From Lingula anatina (taxonomy: Eukaryota; Animalia; Brachiopoda): a DNA stretch of 64,000 bases. The stretch is taken from assembly GCA_051362555.1 (NCBI GenBank), contig CM120648.1:659721-723720 (forward strand), read 5' to 3'. This document shows positions 1 to 12,895 of the stretch, in pieces (position 1 is the stretch's first letter; every line of letters begins with the position of its first letter). A program made the position numbers and the translations under genes. The notes beneath the pieces are model-generated. The model saw only the letters and a list, made by a program, of their open reading frames with translations, made no database searches and was not told the DNA's origin.

Positions 1-2380
1 TGTATCACGTACACGTATCAGTCCGCGGTGGACCCGGTGAGGGACATGTATTCGGGACTGGTGGGGCCGCTTGTGGTGTGTAAAAAAGGAGCACTGAAAC
101 AGGTAGAGCATCTACATACCAGTGTACACTGAGTGCAGTCTTATAAATACATGTAGTGCGTAAAAGTTGTACATGGCCAAACTTATATGTCTACTATTAA
201 TTTAACTGCTGTGTAAAATTTTGAGACCAAAGCGACAGGTTTAGTGCCGATGAAAAATAAAATTGTTTTGTACCCTTGTCAAATGGCCTTGACCCAAATG
301 CTGTCTCGGTGAATCAGAATCATTACACATTTCCACATTTGTCCACTGTACTCTATCTTTTAATGGTGGTCCAAGTCTCGGGCGTAAATCTGTTTTATTC
401 AAGAATAATTTTCTCTTTCATAGCGCGGCAAGGATTATATCCTTCTATTTGCCGCCACGGACGAGAACCAGTCATGGTATATAGAGAAGAATATGGCGGA
501 ATCTACTCGACTGAAACCAGGTGCCAAGCTGCCGGCTGATTTTGAAGAGTCCAACATAATGAGAGGTATCTGAACTGAAGGCATCTATCTAATGTTCATT
601 TTGAAGAAATAGAGTTTCGCCTTTTCGGTTTATTTTTTAATTTGTGTGCAGACATTACAAATCTGAACAATATTCTGCTAAAAGAAGGTAAACATTTATC
701 AAAAATTTATACTTTTCATATTCATGATATTTACTCTTAATGAGTGTACTGCCCTCTAGTGCATTTCCTTTTCAACCAAATCCCCTTTGATTACAGAAGT
801 TTGTCATTTTGATCACGTGTTCTTAGAGATGGAATAAATGCACTTCAATATTTTAAAAAGGCCGCGATCGCCATTGGTGTGCAGATCAGTAGATAACAAT
901 CATAAAATAAATAAATTATAATCTTTTGTCTGTTTCATAATGTACAGGCATCAATGGGTTCTCGTTTGGGAACCTGCCTCTCTTGAGTACATGTGTCGGA
1001 GAACATGTCACCTGGCGCCTTCTATCGGTGGGAAATTTACTGGATATGCACACGCCCACTTTTAACGGAAATACTTTCTTGCGGTTTGGTGGCAATACTA
1101 AGGACTCGGTTTTTCTATTCCCTGGAACTTCGGAGACGTTGGAAATGGTACCAGTTAATTCAGGTAATGCAACTGTATTATCATTTTTTGTCAAGTGCAT
1201 TTCAGGCGCCCCATACATGTATATATCTCTACTGGTTTGCAAAAAAATGCATGTGAATATTTTTCTGTTTTATTGGGTCTGGGTGTTACCATTATCATGT
1301 GGCTGTGAGTGTTGAAGATCATGCAAATGCTTAATTTTTAGATATATGTGTTTATACTTTACTACTTCCTACTTTACTTACTTTAATATGGCATTTTTCA
1401 GTTATATAAAGATCAATTGATTTTTAATGAGAACTGTGGCCATTTAGAAACGACAGTGTATAATAAATGCCACATTTCAGGTACATGGAGTCTTGTGGAC
1501 GGTAACAATGAGAACTTTAATGCCGGGCTCAGTGCATTATATAAAGTGTCCACATGCACCAGGGTTTCTAATATGGGAAAAGCAGCAACAGCAGCGGCAT
1601 CTTCAGGTGGGAGTGGCGGGAAAACGCGCACCTATTTTATTGCCGCGGAGGAAGTGATGTGGGAATATGCGCCGTATAAATATGATCTGGTTTTCAATAG
1701 AAGTATCTTTTATTCGTAAGTAGAAAAAGAGCAATATTTTAAGCTCACTTTAAAAATGGAGATTACTAAAACTGCTCACTTAGTGAAGTAAGAGAAATAT
1801 CCATCGTATTTTTCCTGTTTCACCGAATTGTGATTCTTTTAGATGTTCTTTTAGTTTGAGGGAAAATATAAATACCTATCGTCAGATATTGATATCAAAG
1901 CAACAATAACGATCGAAACGCACTGTAGACCCATATATCATTTCTCAATTCAGATTTCATATTAAATCAAAATAATCCTGTTGACGCACATTGATTTTTG
2001 TTTACAGTTAGATGGTGGAATAAATCTACGGCTTAGAAACCTGTGCCATTTAAATCTCTTTTTGCAGTGGTATGAATATATTTGTTCGTGACGACTTTCC
2101 GTTCCTTGGTTCGGTGTACAAGAAGGCCGTCTATAAGGAATACACAGACGGAAGTTTTACACAGAGAAAGATCCGCACTTCAGAAGATCGCCATCTTAGA
2201 ATTTTGGGACCTATGATTAAAGCCGAAGTCGGCGACACGATCAAGGTGAACTTTTCACTTATTTCGACCTTTAGGCCTCTTTATGGCATATAGTACATTT
2301 TAGTTGGGGTTTTAAACATTGGATTGCCTGGGGTATCAAAATACCGATACCCTACACACACACGCATGCACGCAAGCAAC

Positions 2381-2416
<36 letters not shown>

Positions 2417-5245
2417 ATATGGTGCAATTTGGGTCAATTCCCAGTCCGGCCCTCTCTGGGCTTGTTAAATGTTTGCCCTTTTTCGATTTTTGGAAAAGGC
2501 AGACCTTGCCATCTTGGTATTATATAAGACATATAAGAAGATAACGTAGTAAGCAACACTTGAGTGTTTTCCTATGCATCTCAGGCTGACTTTTTACCAG
2601 ATGTAAAGCCAGACATCTAGCCCAAAGCAAGCTCCTTTGTATCTGGGGCCGGGCGAGTGGCAAAAGTGATTATTTTTCTTACTGTTGCTTATGAACAAGT
2701 ATCTTTGCTGTTTTTTTTTTTTTTCAGGATTAAAAAAAAACAAAACATTTCACAATAGGCCTACCGTAGAAACACGAAGTGCGAGTTTTAAATTTCACAT
2801 GGTGTCTATATTTCAGGTTGTCTTCAATAACATGGCTTCCCGGCCTTACTCTGTTCACCCCCACATGGTTCTGTACTCTAAAGACTCCGAGGGACAATCA
2901 TACAGAGATGCTACCAATACTACGGTAGGCGTCCCCCCTTATTCCATTAGGACATACACGTGGTACGTGCATGCGCAGTCGGGACCCGGAAGTAACGACC
3001 CAAATTGTATATCGTCTGCTTACTACTCTGCCGTCAATCCTGAAAAAGACGTCTCAACTGGATTGGTCGGGCCATTGATCGTCTGCCGCAGAGGGATATT
3101 GGATGAAAACAACAGACGTCTGGATGTTGACAGAGAGATAGCTACGTTGTGGAATGTCATGGACGAGGGAGAAAGCTGGTGGGTGTGGCACTTAGTGCAG
3201 ATTTCTCTTTTGGTGTGTTCACAATGAAACGATCCTACAAGGTAGTTCGACCTAACTCCGCGGGGACTCTCGTTGAATGCAATAAATGAACAGTTAAAAC
3301 ACCTGGCGTTGGGTAGAATACAGAAAACTGGTGGTTATACGAGTAAGTTGGAAACAAGAGGAAGCGTGTTAATCTGTTAATCTGATTTCATTTCACGCAC
3401 ACAGGTACCTTGACGACAATATTGCTGCCAACAACCCTAGAAATTTGACGGTGGATAAGGATGATGAGGATTTCCACGAGAGCAACAAATTCCACGGTGT
3501 GTACTGTTAAATATCGATTGTTAATTGAATCAATTTATCAGTTATCAATCAGTCAAGTAATAGTCTCTAAAGTTATATATATATATACAGACTTGACATT
3601 TAATATGGAATATTTTTTTCGAAATAATTTTTTATCAGTTTTTTCCTATTTTGCTGACTGATAAGTGAAAATAAGGATTAAAATCGTGTTTTAATAACTT
3701 TAAATTATCTCTTTGATGTCATTGTGACATCAGTTCATTAATGGAATTCGCAAGAGAAGCAAACAAAAACACATTGCCTATTCGATGTCATACGACTCCC
3801 ATTAAAAGAGAGATTTTGGATCTCCATATTTTCCAAATTATCGTCTGTAAAAGGGTAATACGCTCCACAAAAGACCCTCATGTCAGTTGCTAGTCACAGT
3901 AATGGTCGTTGTTACGCCTGGCCTCTTCGTGGCTGTTTCCAGGGCTCTCAAGCGGCAAGGCATTTCTTGGGGGTAGGTTTTTAGAGTTCAATCTGGATTA
4001 GCATTCCAGGCATCGGTCTAAAATTGTCCAATCTGGTCCAGTTTTGTTGTAGGACATGTAGGCAGTTGATTGGTGAGTAATGGTCTACCGAAATATTGTC
4101 TATGTGGTTCAAATGTGGCGATTTTGATGACCAGGGTAGCTGCTCATTCCCTTGGTTCTGTAAGTTATCTGCTATTAAAAGTGCTCTGTGTGAACCTGCA
4201 ACCTCATCGTGCAACCTAGAATTGTTCCTAAGGTGCCCCCTATCAAATGATAGTCAAGTGGTTTCGAGATTATTCCTTTATTTAATCTGGTTCAGGTTTT
4301 CGTCAATGACTACCGTTGGTGTTTTGGCACCAATATGGAATCTACTCCAAATACTGACACTGTCAATCACCCTTGTCACTTTAGACCCGGCATATGCTTC
4401 GTCGTAGGCCTCCTCTGGATATCTGTAAACTCTGTTTTGACTAATTGGGCGGTACAGGTGAAATCTGACCTCAATAAAGAAAGCCACGCAGTTTCAGTGT
4501 TCTACCCAGAATCGTTCATGGCCCCCAATTCATTAGAGAAACAGACGACGATGTTTTGCTGTATACAGTGGGTACCTCGGAGGTCATTTGGTGTTCTTAC
4601 CTGCTAAAACCAGTTTGGTGTTCGCTAAGGACTTTGAAAAACGCATTTCAGTGGCAATTTACCCCTCGTTCTGAACGGACTAAGTGTTTTTTGTTTAGTT
4701 GCACCAGCGTATCCCGAAAGACAGTGGGTCCTGTACCCTGTAGGTAAAATTTTGATACATTGGGGGTGACCTCTGTGTAGGTACATCAGTCTGGGCATTA
4801 CTCTATAAAACTGTGGGGACCGTTCCGTTTGGCGCTATGATCTGTCTGGTTATGTCTGTCTTTTTCGCGCCATTCTGCCTTAGATTAACAAATTTGTAAT
4901 GCACTACTTGACTCATCTTACGCACTGCAAAACTGACCGCTTGCATGCAAAATTTCAAATTCTTCTATGCAGTAGTTGCCGAAATATGGATACTTTTTTG
5001 ACAGAACCAAGCTTTGCCTAAGCCAAGCTTTGATCAGCCCAAAGGAACACTACCCAATTAAATCACTGCAAATTACATAATGTAGCAGCGCAACAGGCAT
5101 GAAAGTCAGTTAATTGGTAGTGACACACCTGACTTCACACTTTTACATTCACAAATCTTATATGAGATCGGAGTTTTTTGAAAAAAGAACGTATTTTTAT
5201 CTAGGTATACCTTCGAAACTAAAATATTCCATATTAAATGTCAAG

Positions 5246-5309
<64 letters not shown>

Positions 5310-5990
5310 CATTCTATTTTAATATGGATTATTTATTCCGTAATATTTTCCTTTTATATCATTACTGTGATATGACTTTCCGTGGAGATTTTATATAAAG
5401 TTATTACGTTCATATTAGACATCTGTGAGATGTGGTCAGATGCCCATCATACCTCTCATTCATTATTATATCCGTAAAAAATCATCAATTATCAAGATAA
5501 ATAAACGCAATTCTCCCTGTTGTTAGTCATCAATGGAGAGATCACTGCGCTTGATTCCGGTTTTGACATAAATCAGTGTGATCTGGTGGCCTGGTACCTG
5601 TTAAGCCTGGGAGGAGAGACAGACATCCACACTGTGCACTTCCACGCCCAGTCCTTTATATCTCGAGCTGAAACCCCCCACAGAGGGGACGTAGTTGAGG
5701 TGGGAATATTATTATATAAACGGAAATGTCAAAGTTAACAAGTGTTATATAGTCAGAATAAGACATATCATTTTTATTTCAATATGCATAGCGGTACAGA
5801 ATTGGAAGATCTTAGTTAATTTTAATTTTAGATTTTCCCTGGAACCTTTGAAACGGTCACCATGCTGGCAGACGACCCTGGCACGTGGTTTGTACACTGT
5901 CACGTGGATGATCACGTGGCTGCTGGTATGGATACAGTTTTCACAGTGCACCCCAGCACTTCCAGCAATTCTACCGTGGGATTGTGTTAG
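1..5990 (+). CDS. Ceruloplasmin/hephaestin-like multicopper ferroxidase, 3' part (end of cupredoxin domain 3 to domain 6); 5' end outside the window; no C-terminal TM segment
   Basis: Phase-consistent GT/AG exons 1-102, 424-565, 948-1163, 1481-1715, 2068-2245, 2817-3178, 3405-3496, 5527-5699, 5832-5990. Motifs: [77 protein letters not shown]. Stop TAG at 5988-5990; AATAAA at 6155-6160. Confidence 0.93.
3981..4970 (-). mobile_element. Decayed Tc1/mariner-family transposase remnant in an intron of the ferroxidase gene
   Basis: Minus-strand fragments resemble the Tc1 DDE region: [37 protein letters not shown] resembles FSDESRF..RVWRRPGERY..SVMVW..KTPLVVIDGNL, and [27 protein letters not shown] resembles MHDNARPHRA..WPSxSPDLNPIENxW. 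Frameshifts and stops are present. Outer limits are approximate. Confidence 0.8.
5250..5307. repeat. (AT)n microsatellite
   Basis: Direct inspection; other (AT)n tracts at ~22913-22977, ~31907-31966 and ~63735-63777. Confidence 0.97.
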
Positions 5991-6319
5991 TAGAGATACA
6001 ATCGCAATCGTAGGCCTACAGTTTCTAACCCCGGATATCAGAATGGTGAGAACATTTTAGAACTATTTGAAGTTATAGTTCAAATTGTGAGTCATATTTT
6101 TGTACGTTAAATCCTTCCCAAGGCAAGCCAAGTGGGATACACACAATCAAACTCAATAAAACGTAAGCACTTTACATCCTTTTTTATCGTTCAATAATGG
6201 ATGCATTATTATACAATATAATTGTGTATAGAATCTGGCAAAATGTTAAGTTAAATGTGGCTTTTACAAGTCTCACAATTTACTTTAAAAAGTCTACTTC
6301 GCCTCCGTCTTAATGCTAG

Positions 6320-6698
6320 TCATAATGATCTTTGTAACAAAGGCGACTGTTCATTGTGACCGGATCCTCTCTCGGTAGAATTCGATATTTTCCCCTTATC
6401 CGATGAATCCAGTTTGTGTATGTTATCGGGTTCGGGTTCTGGTTTGTCCGCAGCAAAGCTGTCACCTGGTTCGAGCTCTGTCAGTTTCTCGGGTGACTTG
6501 GCGCCGCGGCAGTACAGGCGCTCCAGAAGCTTTTGTCGTATCGAGGTCGTCATGAAGCAGTAGATGATGCAGTTGACAAACCCTTGCCCACTGTCACCTA
6601 TGGCCTGAGAAATTGTGAAATTCTTATGTAAAACAATGCTTACGGGTAGTGTAAACGTTGACGAAAACCTACGATTTACAAGAAGACTAATATGTGCG

Positions 6699-6746
<48 letters not shown>

Positions 6747-9380
6747 TGTGTAACGAAGTGAATACGGTGGCGTATAGACTAATAAAATGAAAATAAGTTC
6801 GTATTCTTGTAAAAATGCTATGATTGACACCCAAAGAGAACGGTGCCATTACATGTCCAATTACCAATTATGTCATTACCACCACTGAAAAGGGCATAAA
6901 ACGTACATAAAATAAATGAGTTAAATAACACGCTGAGTCTCTACAGAAAAAAATAAATTAACTTTTTAACCAAAAAAAAAAAAAAAAATCCTCACCTGCA
7001 ACAACCAAAATATATGGTTGACAACAATCTCATAGGTGGTGCCGGGGTTGCTCTGTGTCACCCACACAATAGTATTGGCCACAAATCGTATGGTCCCCCA
7101 TATCCTTAGACACAGGAAGAGAAGGGGTACCAGAGTCATCACCCTGTCGGCTCTCTTTACGGCCTCAATGGTGTTTTTGTTGATGTACAGTTTTGTTGTG
7201 TGACGGATCTGAAAAATACAAGCATTTGAAAACAAATAGAAGTTTAAAAGCATTAGAGATAGAGAATGATGTTGTTTACATATATTCCAGGTCACAAATC
7301 TCTTTTCAAAAATATTTGGGCTTGATTTAACCATTGTTTGCGGAACAGAGTTATGTGATAAATTGTATATAGTGATTATATTTGAGTTTCCCAATTTGTT
7401 AAATGCAACGCCACTCCTTGATAAAATAATTATCTGGTGAAAAAGTGACATGAATTTAATCAATTTGACTCTAGATGACCGAGAGACTGAAAGCGTGAAA
7501 CAAACGGATTTCGCTAGATTTTAAGCAGATTTGGGATAAAAAATAATGGCAGACGAGTGATGCGGTGCAGCAACAAATAACAGCTGACAGAATAAATCCA
7601 TGAATATTGTTCTGATCGTTTTTCTCGAAAGTCCTGTACAAACACAATCAGTTCGTTGCACAATAGTAAAAATTCGCCATTCTTTGCGTGTTTATTTGGT
7701 ATTGCTTTCTGAGCCCATAGTTTTGACCTTTTTAAACAGTTAACCCCACCTCATGCGGATTCTCGCACGTTTTAATAGTCTCAAAAGACCTCAAGCAGAG
7801 CCAAAGACCTCTTTTTAGGCTGTCCCTGATTATTCCAATTGCCTGATCCTTGGTTCGATCGTACCCTACATTTTCTACGCTAACTTTCACCTAGCACGTT
7901 AATTTTCTGTGGCCTTACCGTTCGCTTTAACTTCGACTTCATCTGAAAGTAAACGACTGGTATGAACACGTAGGCCAAAATCTCCCACCCTTTCCCTGAG
8001 ACCGTCATCATGAAAATGACCAGCGGCCATCGAGGGGGTTGTCCGTGTTGTGATTGCAGGTCGCAGTCGCTGGACCGTATCCAGCACCAGCCTCCACTGG
8101 CTATAGAGGAGCCGTTGGTAATGCTGGCAAGATCCTCCCCAAGGTTCCCTGTGGCAAGGAGAGGGTAGGTAATCACCACTGGAAAATACACACGTACAGA
8201 GAGTTAGACTGGGTTCTCATACCTAGATCGATCTTACAAGATCGATCCATCTCCAAGGGGTTTCTCGCTAAATTGCTTTCAGCTAAAACGGCTTAGACGT
8301 CTGGCACGCCTACTGAAGCTGCTAAACAATAATTAATTACCCCCTAGCAGTAGGCGTGACAGACATTTAAGCCGCTTAGGTTGATAGCAACTTAGCTTGA
8401 ATCCCGTTGGAGATAGATCGATCCAAATTTAGTACGATAGGGTCTGAGAATGGTCCCTTAGATCATGCCACTGGATTTTTACCCCGAATTTCATATGGCA
8501 TTGCTAATCTACCTCTCTACTCTCAAAATGTCTCTGCCATTCACTGGTAACAGTAGAAGGTAAAGTTCCCAGTGACGTCTTCAACTCCGGGTACGTGAGT
8601 AATGATTTGCGCTATTTAATTATGACGGTCCATGATTCTAACCCAACCCCCCTGCCCCCGCTAAGGTCGATCGATCCTGTTAGTGCGAAAAAGTTATTGG
8701 CACACAGTTACAAGGGGGTAATTGACTATCGATAATTACACCCAAGCAGCTTGAGTAGGCGATCCAAACATTTAAGTCTCTTAAGTCTTAATGAATGCAA
8801 TTTAGCGAAAATCCCCGCAGAGTTAGAGTGATCCAGCTAGTACGATGGGTTTATGGGAACGCTCCCTTAGATCAACCCAAGAAATTTGTGAGTTAATTGT
8901 GAGACATGCCTAAGGTAAAAACTTACGCGGTATCCCCCAGCTGACCACGTGTGCCGGCCACTCTCGTCTGTCTAACCAGCTCTGGACAGTATCTGTCTTC
9001 AGAATCGCCTGGCGTACCTTTAACGCGACGAAGCAGTTCCAGAAAAAAGACGCCAGCGACGCGTATGTCGACATAAAGCTTTGAATTATACACGTGTTGT
9101 TGACTATATCTACATCACAGTCTTCATCTTGCTGGTCAATGGTGTTGTATTTTCCTAGCAAAGACGCGCTCGCGCCCATGAAATTCCCGACAGCCACTAA
9201 AAAGTCCGCCAAAGTAAGAAACAACAGAAATCGTCTGCTGCTAGACCCCGTTTCTTTACATAGAAACCATGCGACAAATATAAGAACACAGCCGATCCAA
9301 GACAGGACGCTAGAAATGATAGCGGCCGAATATGTGACGATTGCAAAAGTCCCACATGGCATTTTTGTAGTTCTTTTCAT
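6320..9380 (-). CDS. GPR157-like / cAMP-receptor-like 7TM G-protein-coupled receptor
   Basis: Coding exons 9380-8927, 8178-7919, 7208-6996, 6604-6320 join in phase. Motifs: RRFLLFLTLADFL, CIIQSFMSTYASLASFFW, HVVSWGIPL, GWCWI, GKGWEILAY, LVPLLFLCLRIWGTIRF, GDSGQGFVNCIIYCF. Probable non-coding upstream exon ending near 9978 (GTGAG donor), with an acceptor near 9410. Confidence 0.88.
8200..8462. mobile_element. Palindromic MITE (AGATCGATC-containing family); second degenerate copy ~8660-8870
   Basis: Long imperfect inverted arms (agatcgatccatctccaagggg... / ...cccgttggagatagatcgatc). Related sequences at ~3235-3340, ~21030-21118, ~28190-28250, 30486-30795, ~31770-31855 and ~47765-47990. Confidence 0.7.
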
Positions 9381-10319
9381 GCAGAAAGTGTAGTTAATTT
9401 TGGGCGTCCTGAAATAAAATAATACAAATATATAAATATAAAATACAAAATGGAAATGTAATTGTAAATTTAAGTTTGAGAGGCAACACTGAAGAGAGCA
9501 ATAGTCTAATGTTGATAAAGGTATAGTGGCATACAGACATACTCTTTACTTCTTTCCTTTAATTGTTTCCCGATATTTCCTTGTAGCCTTATAAAAAGCA
9601 CATCTTTAGTGGGGGTTTTTTTTGCCTGATTTCCCTCCTGCTTCCTGTACTTATGACTGACATGATAAAAAAGAAGGGGGGAAGAGAAGCCTCCATAGAT
9701 CACCGCACTGTTACTTCTGAGGATTTTGCGTAATAGAGGGGGTGACAATAATATAATTTTTGCTGCCTGTGTTGTTAGTCTAGCTCAGTCAGGCGGCCAA
9801 CGGAGAACGGTCTACACGTAACTGCGACCAGTAAAATCATCTCCTCATCTCCAGTGTTTATATTGGCGAAGCTGTTTGATAATTATATAATGGTTCCGCC
9901 ATGATAACTACCACAGTAAGTAAAACAGAAAATTGAAAGAATTAAGGTAATTGTTGCCATGCAAATACTATACTCACGGTCCAGCTAAGAAGATTATCCA
10001 AGCCCCTTTTGGAATTGTATTTTGTTTTGTTTTACATTCAATCCATAACGCTTGATCCAAAATCTAAACTAGTTCTTCTCTATCGCTGTATTCGATGACA
10101 CACACTCACGTGAATATCTACATATCTAAATTCACGTACTATATTTATATCATGCGTGCATTCGCACTTGTATATATTTTAGCTCGTCAGACCACGCGTG
10201 CAGTGATGCTCAGTTGAAAACTCACTGGAAATGATTGTAACTTTAAAAAACTCTTTGCTATTAAGGGATGCTACACGTTTCTCTCCATAATTGACAACGC
10301 AGGAAATGCCACCGCCGGG

Positions 10320-10621
10320 ACTACTTCCGGTAGCGAATACAGATATAGCCTGTTAAATGTTCAGGTGCAGACGCGGCTACACTGTACGGGTGTCATTTCC
10401 CGTTGTATCATCATGGTATCTATAAAACCAGTGTTGATAACTACGACGACACGGCCATACCCGAACTAGTATAATCTTAAGTCCTGGGTCAGATAACTCA
10501 TTTACAGTAAATACAGGTACACGCTACAGTAAAAGTGGTTTATCTGCAGTGTATCTGGTTGATAATTTAGTCTTATCGTTTCCCGAAAATCATAGGTCAT
10601 AGCGCGTGCGTCACTTCCGGG
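10320..10621 (-). promoter_or_regulatory. Candidate promoter region upstream of the GPR157-like gene, with ETS and ETS-CRE composite motifs
   Basis: ACTTCCGG at ~10323; CCCGGAAGTGACGCA (minus strand) at 10607-10621; locally CpG-richer. Motif match only. Confidence 0.4.
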
Positions 10622-10769
10622 ATTAAACTGGTCAAACTCATTAGCAGACGGTAAAGTCCTCAATTTATGCAGTGTAGCGGAAAAGTGAATAAATCCGAAT
10701 GTTTTTAATTGAAGATTTCACTTTTAGAAATGCATTTAAATACCATTGGAGCAGATAGGGTTGAATGGT

Positions 10770-10919
10770 GGTGTAACGAAACTGAGGGTACGTGTAACAG
10801 AAATAATATGGTTAGGGTTAGCCTCACCTAAGTAGGTCAAAATCTAGGGCGAAGTTTACCTTCACAAATGAATAGGAAGCGGGCTCTCTATCATGGGTGA
10901 CTCTCTGTCACGTTACACC
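10770..10919. mobile_element. Small MITE-like element
   Basis: Terminal inverted repeat GGTGTAACG...CGTTACACC around ~150 bp containing ggttagggttag. Confidence 0.55.
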
Positions 10920-11756
10920 GGTAAGAATCATTCCTGTGATAATTGGGTAACATGTCGCTGGTTGTACCTTGAAATAATGGCCGAATACCAACTCTATGTT
11001 TTACACATAAGGCTGCTTGGTAGTTCTCACCTGCTTGGCAAAGTTTCACAATTGCTCCAATCGGCCAGTCATCAGGAGCTCGTGCTCATGACCTCAAGCG
11101 CAACGCTCAGATTTTTTTATATTTCTTTTGTTATTACTGTTGATTTTCTTTTTTTTTTAAATACTGGAGAATGCTACATTTTAAAACAGTGAAACTAATG
11201 GGTCCAGTAAAAATTACGTAAATAGTGCACAGAATAAACACGTTTATACAATATCTAGACTAGACTAAAGAGTGCACATTCATTGCTTTTGCCAAACAAA
11301 CGTGTTTTGTCTATTTTTTATGAATACAAAACATCGATGATACATCGTACACGTAGAATAAATGTCTTTCAAGTGTATGAAAAAGTTATAGGTAAGAACA
11401 CAAAATATCTCTGAGAAAATGTGACATCATTTATGGTCTTTAATTTATGTGTGTTTTCTTTTAAATCCGTGGAACAGTATATCAATTTCATGTGTGAGGT
11501 CCAAATCATGATAGATGACAGAAAGAGAGACTTCTATCAAAGCAGATCAAAGATATTGCAACGGGAAAGGGGAGTGAGCACGAATGAAATAGTAGACGTG
11601 GGCAAATCTGTTTTATGATGTTCGCAGAGGTGGAATTATTGCACGGTTTGTCTTACTTGGTTTATTTTGCAATGTTTCAGGGAAAGGGGATTTCTCTAAA
11701 CCATAAAGGGGGTGGGGGTGGTGGAGAGAGTGACCTTCACCCCTCCCCCCCCCTCG

Positions 11757-11845
11757 TCCGGCATTGGCAGGCTATTCAGAACTAGCCTCCTCCCCCAGGA
11801 TAAAACATGATAGCGAAATATTTAAGAGATATTCCAAACTTACAA
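11757..11845 (+). promoter_or_regulatory. Conserved candidate core promoter of lectin gene copy A
   Basis: 38-bp block identical in both arms, containing ATTGG (inverted CCAAT) and the inverted repeat AGGCTA-N8-TAGCCT. It is followed by GATAAAA in A and TATAAAA in B. Confidence 0.45.
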
Positions 11846-12895
11846 CTGACGTTATTGTCGATATTTAAAATAAATACGTATGTATATGACAGTGCCTGTC
11901 TGTAATAAATCTTTACCATGTCAACTGTGGTCGTAAAATCTAGAATACTGAAACGATGAAATTGTTATAACTAATTCCAAATATAAGTATTACGTGGCAT
12001 GATGCTATTGAATTGTACCGGCCGTGACATTCCCAAGGTCGATGACACTATTGTCGTAAACAGTTTAGACTCCATTAGAAATCAATATCAGCTACTGTCA
12101 GTTCTACATTTAACCTTGTTCCCCTCCCTCTTGGCCACAAACCAGGCAAAGTATTATTATCATTTTTTATTATTTGCAAATCGTACATTGATCAGTCATA
12201 GATATTGTGGGATTGATTTTTCTGCAACTCCAATGACGTTTTTGTTGTGCGTTGGGAAAAAAGGCGACTTAAGATTTTGCATCACTAAGTGTTAATGACA
12301 AACATTTTCACCATCAACGGAATCGGAAATCAATATGTCGAGGCTTAAATGTCTTATTTCATGAATCCAAGCTGTTTTTCTTTTGTGCCAGTTATGTTAA
12401 GTTTATACTCTGCTGCCATAAATACTGATTCGACCCTTTAGTAACATAAAACAGTTTTAAAAGGCTCCTTACATTATTAAGCAGAGGGATTGGATTAGTA
12501 ACAAATTCTTCAATAGTTTTCTGGGTTTGTTTCTCTTGGCAATAAAATAATAGCCCCATAAACAGGAATCATCAATAGGTGTTCTTTGATATAGTACGAT
12601 TCGATGCACACAGTAATACACCAATAGCTGGCCAAAAATGTAGTTTAATTGTAAATCAATCCATTATTTCATTTACAGATGACCAAGATATCGATGTAAG
12701 TATTGACAACTATAACCTTCACCATTCAAATTGCTCAAGGCCACCTTCGTTCCATAATCAATTTTGTTCACAAAAACATAACGCTGTCTAAAAAGTGTTT
12801 TTTGTTATCGTCTACGGAGGAGTATAAGAGGCGTTGTTGATGGGTGTGACCGGCATTGGATACCACAAAAGCCGCGAGCAGAAATCAAATGCAAC

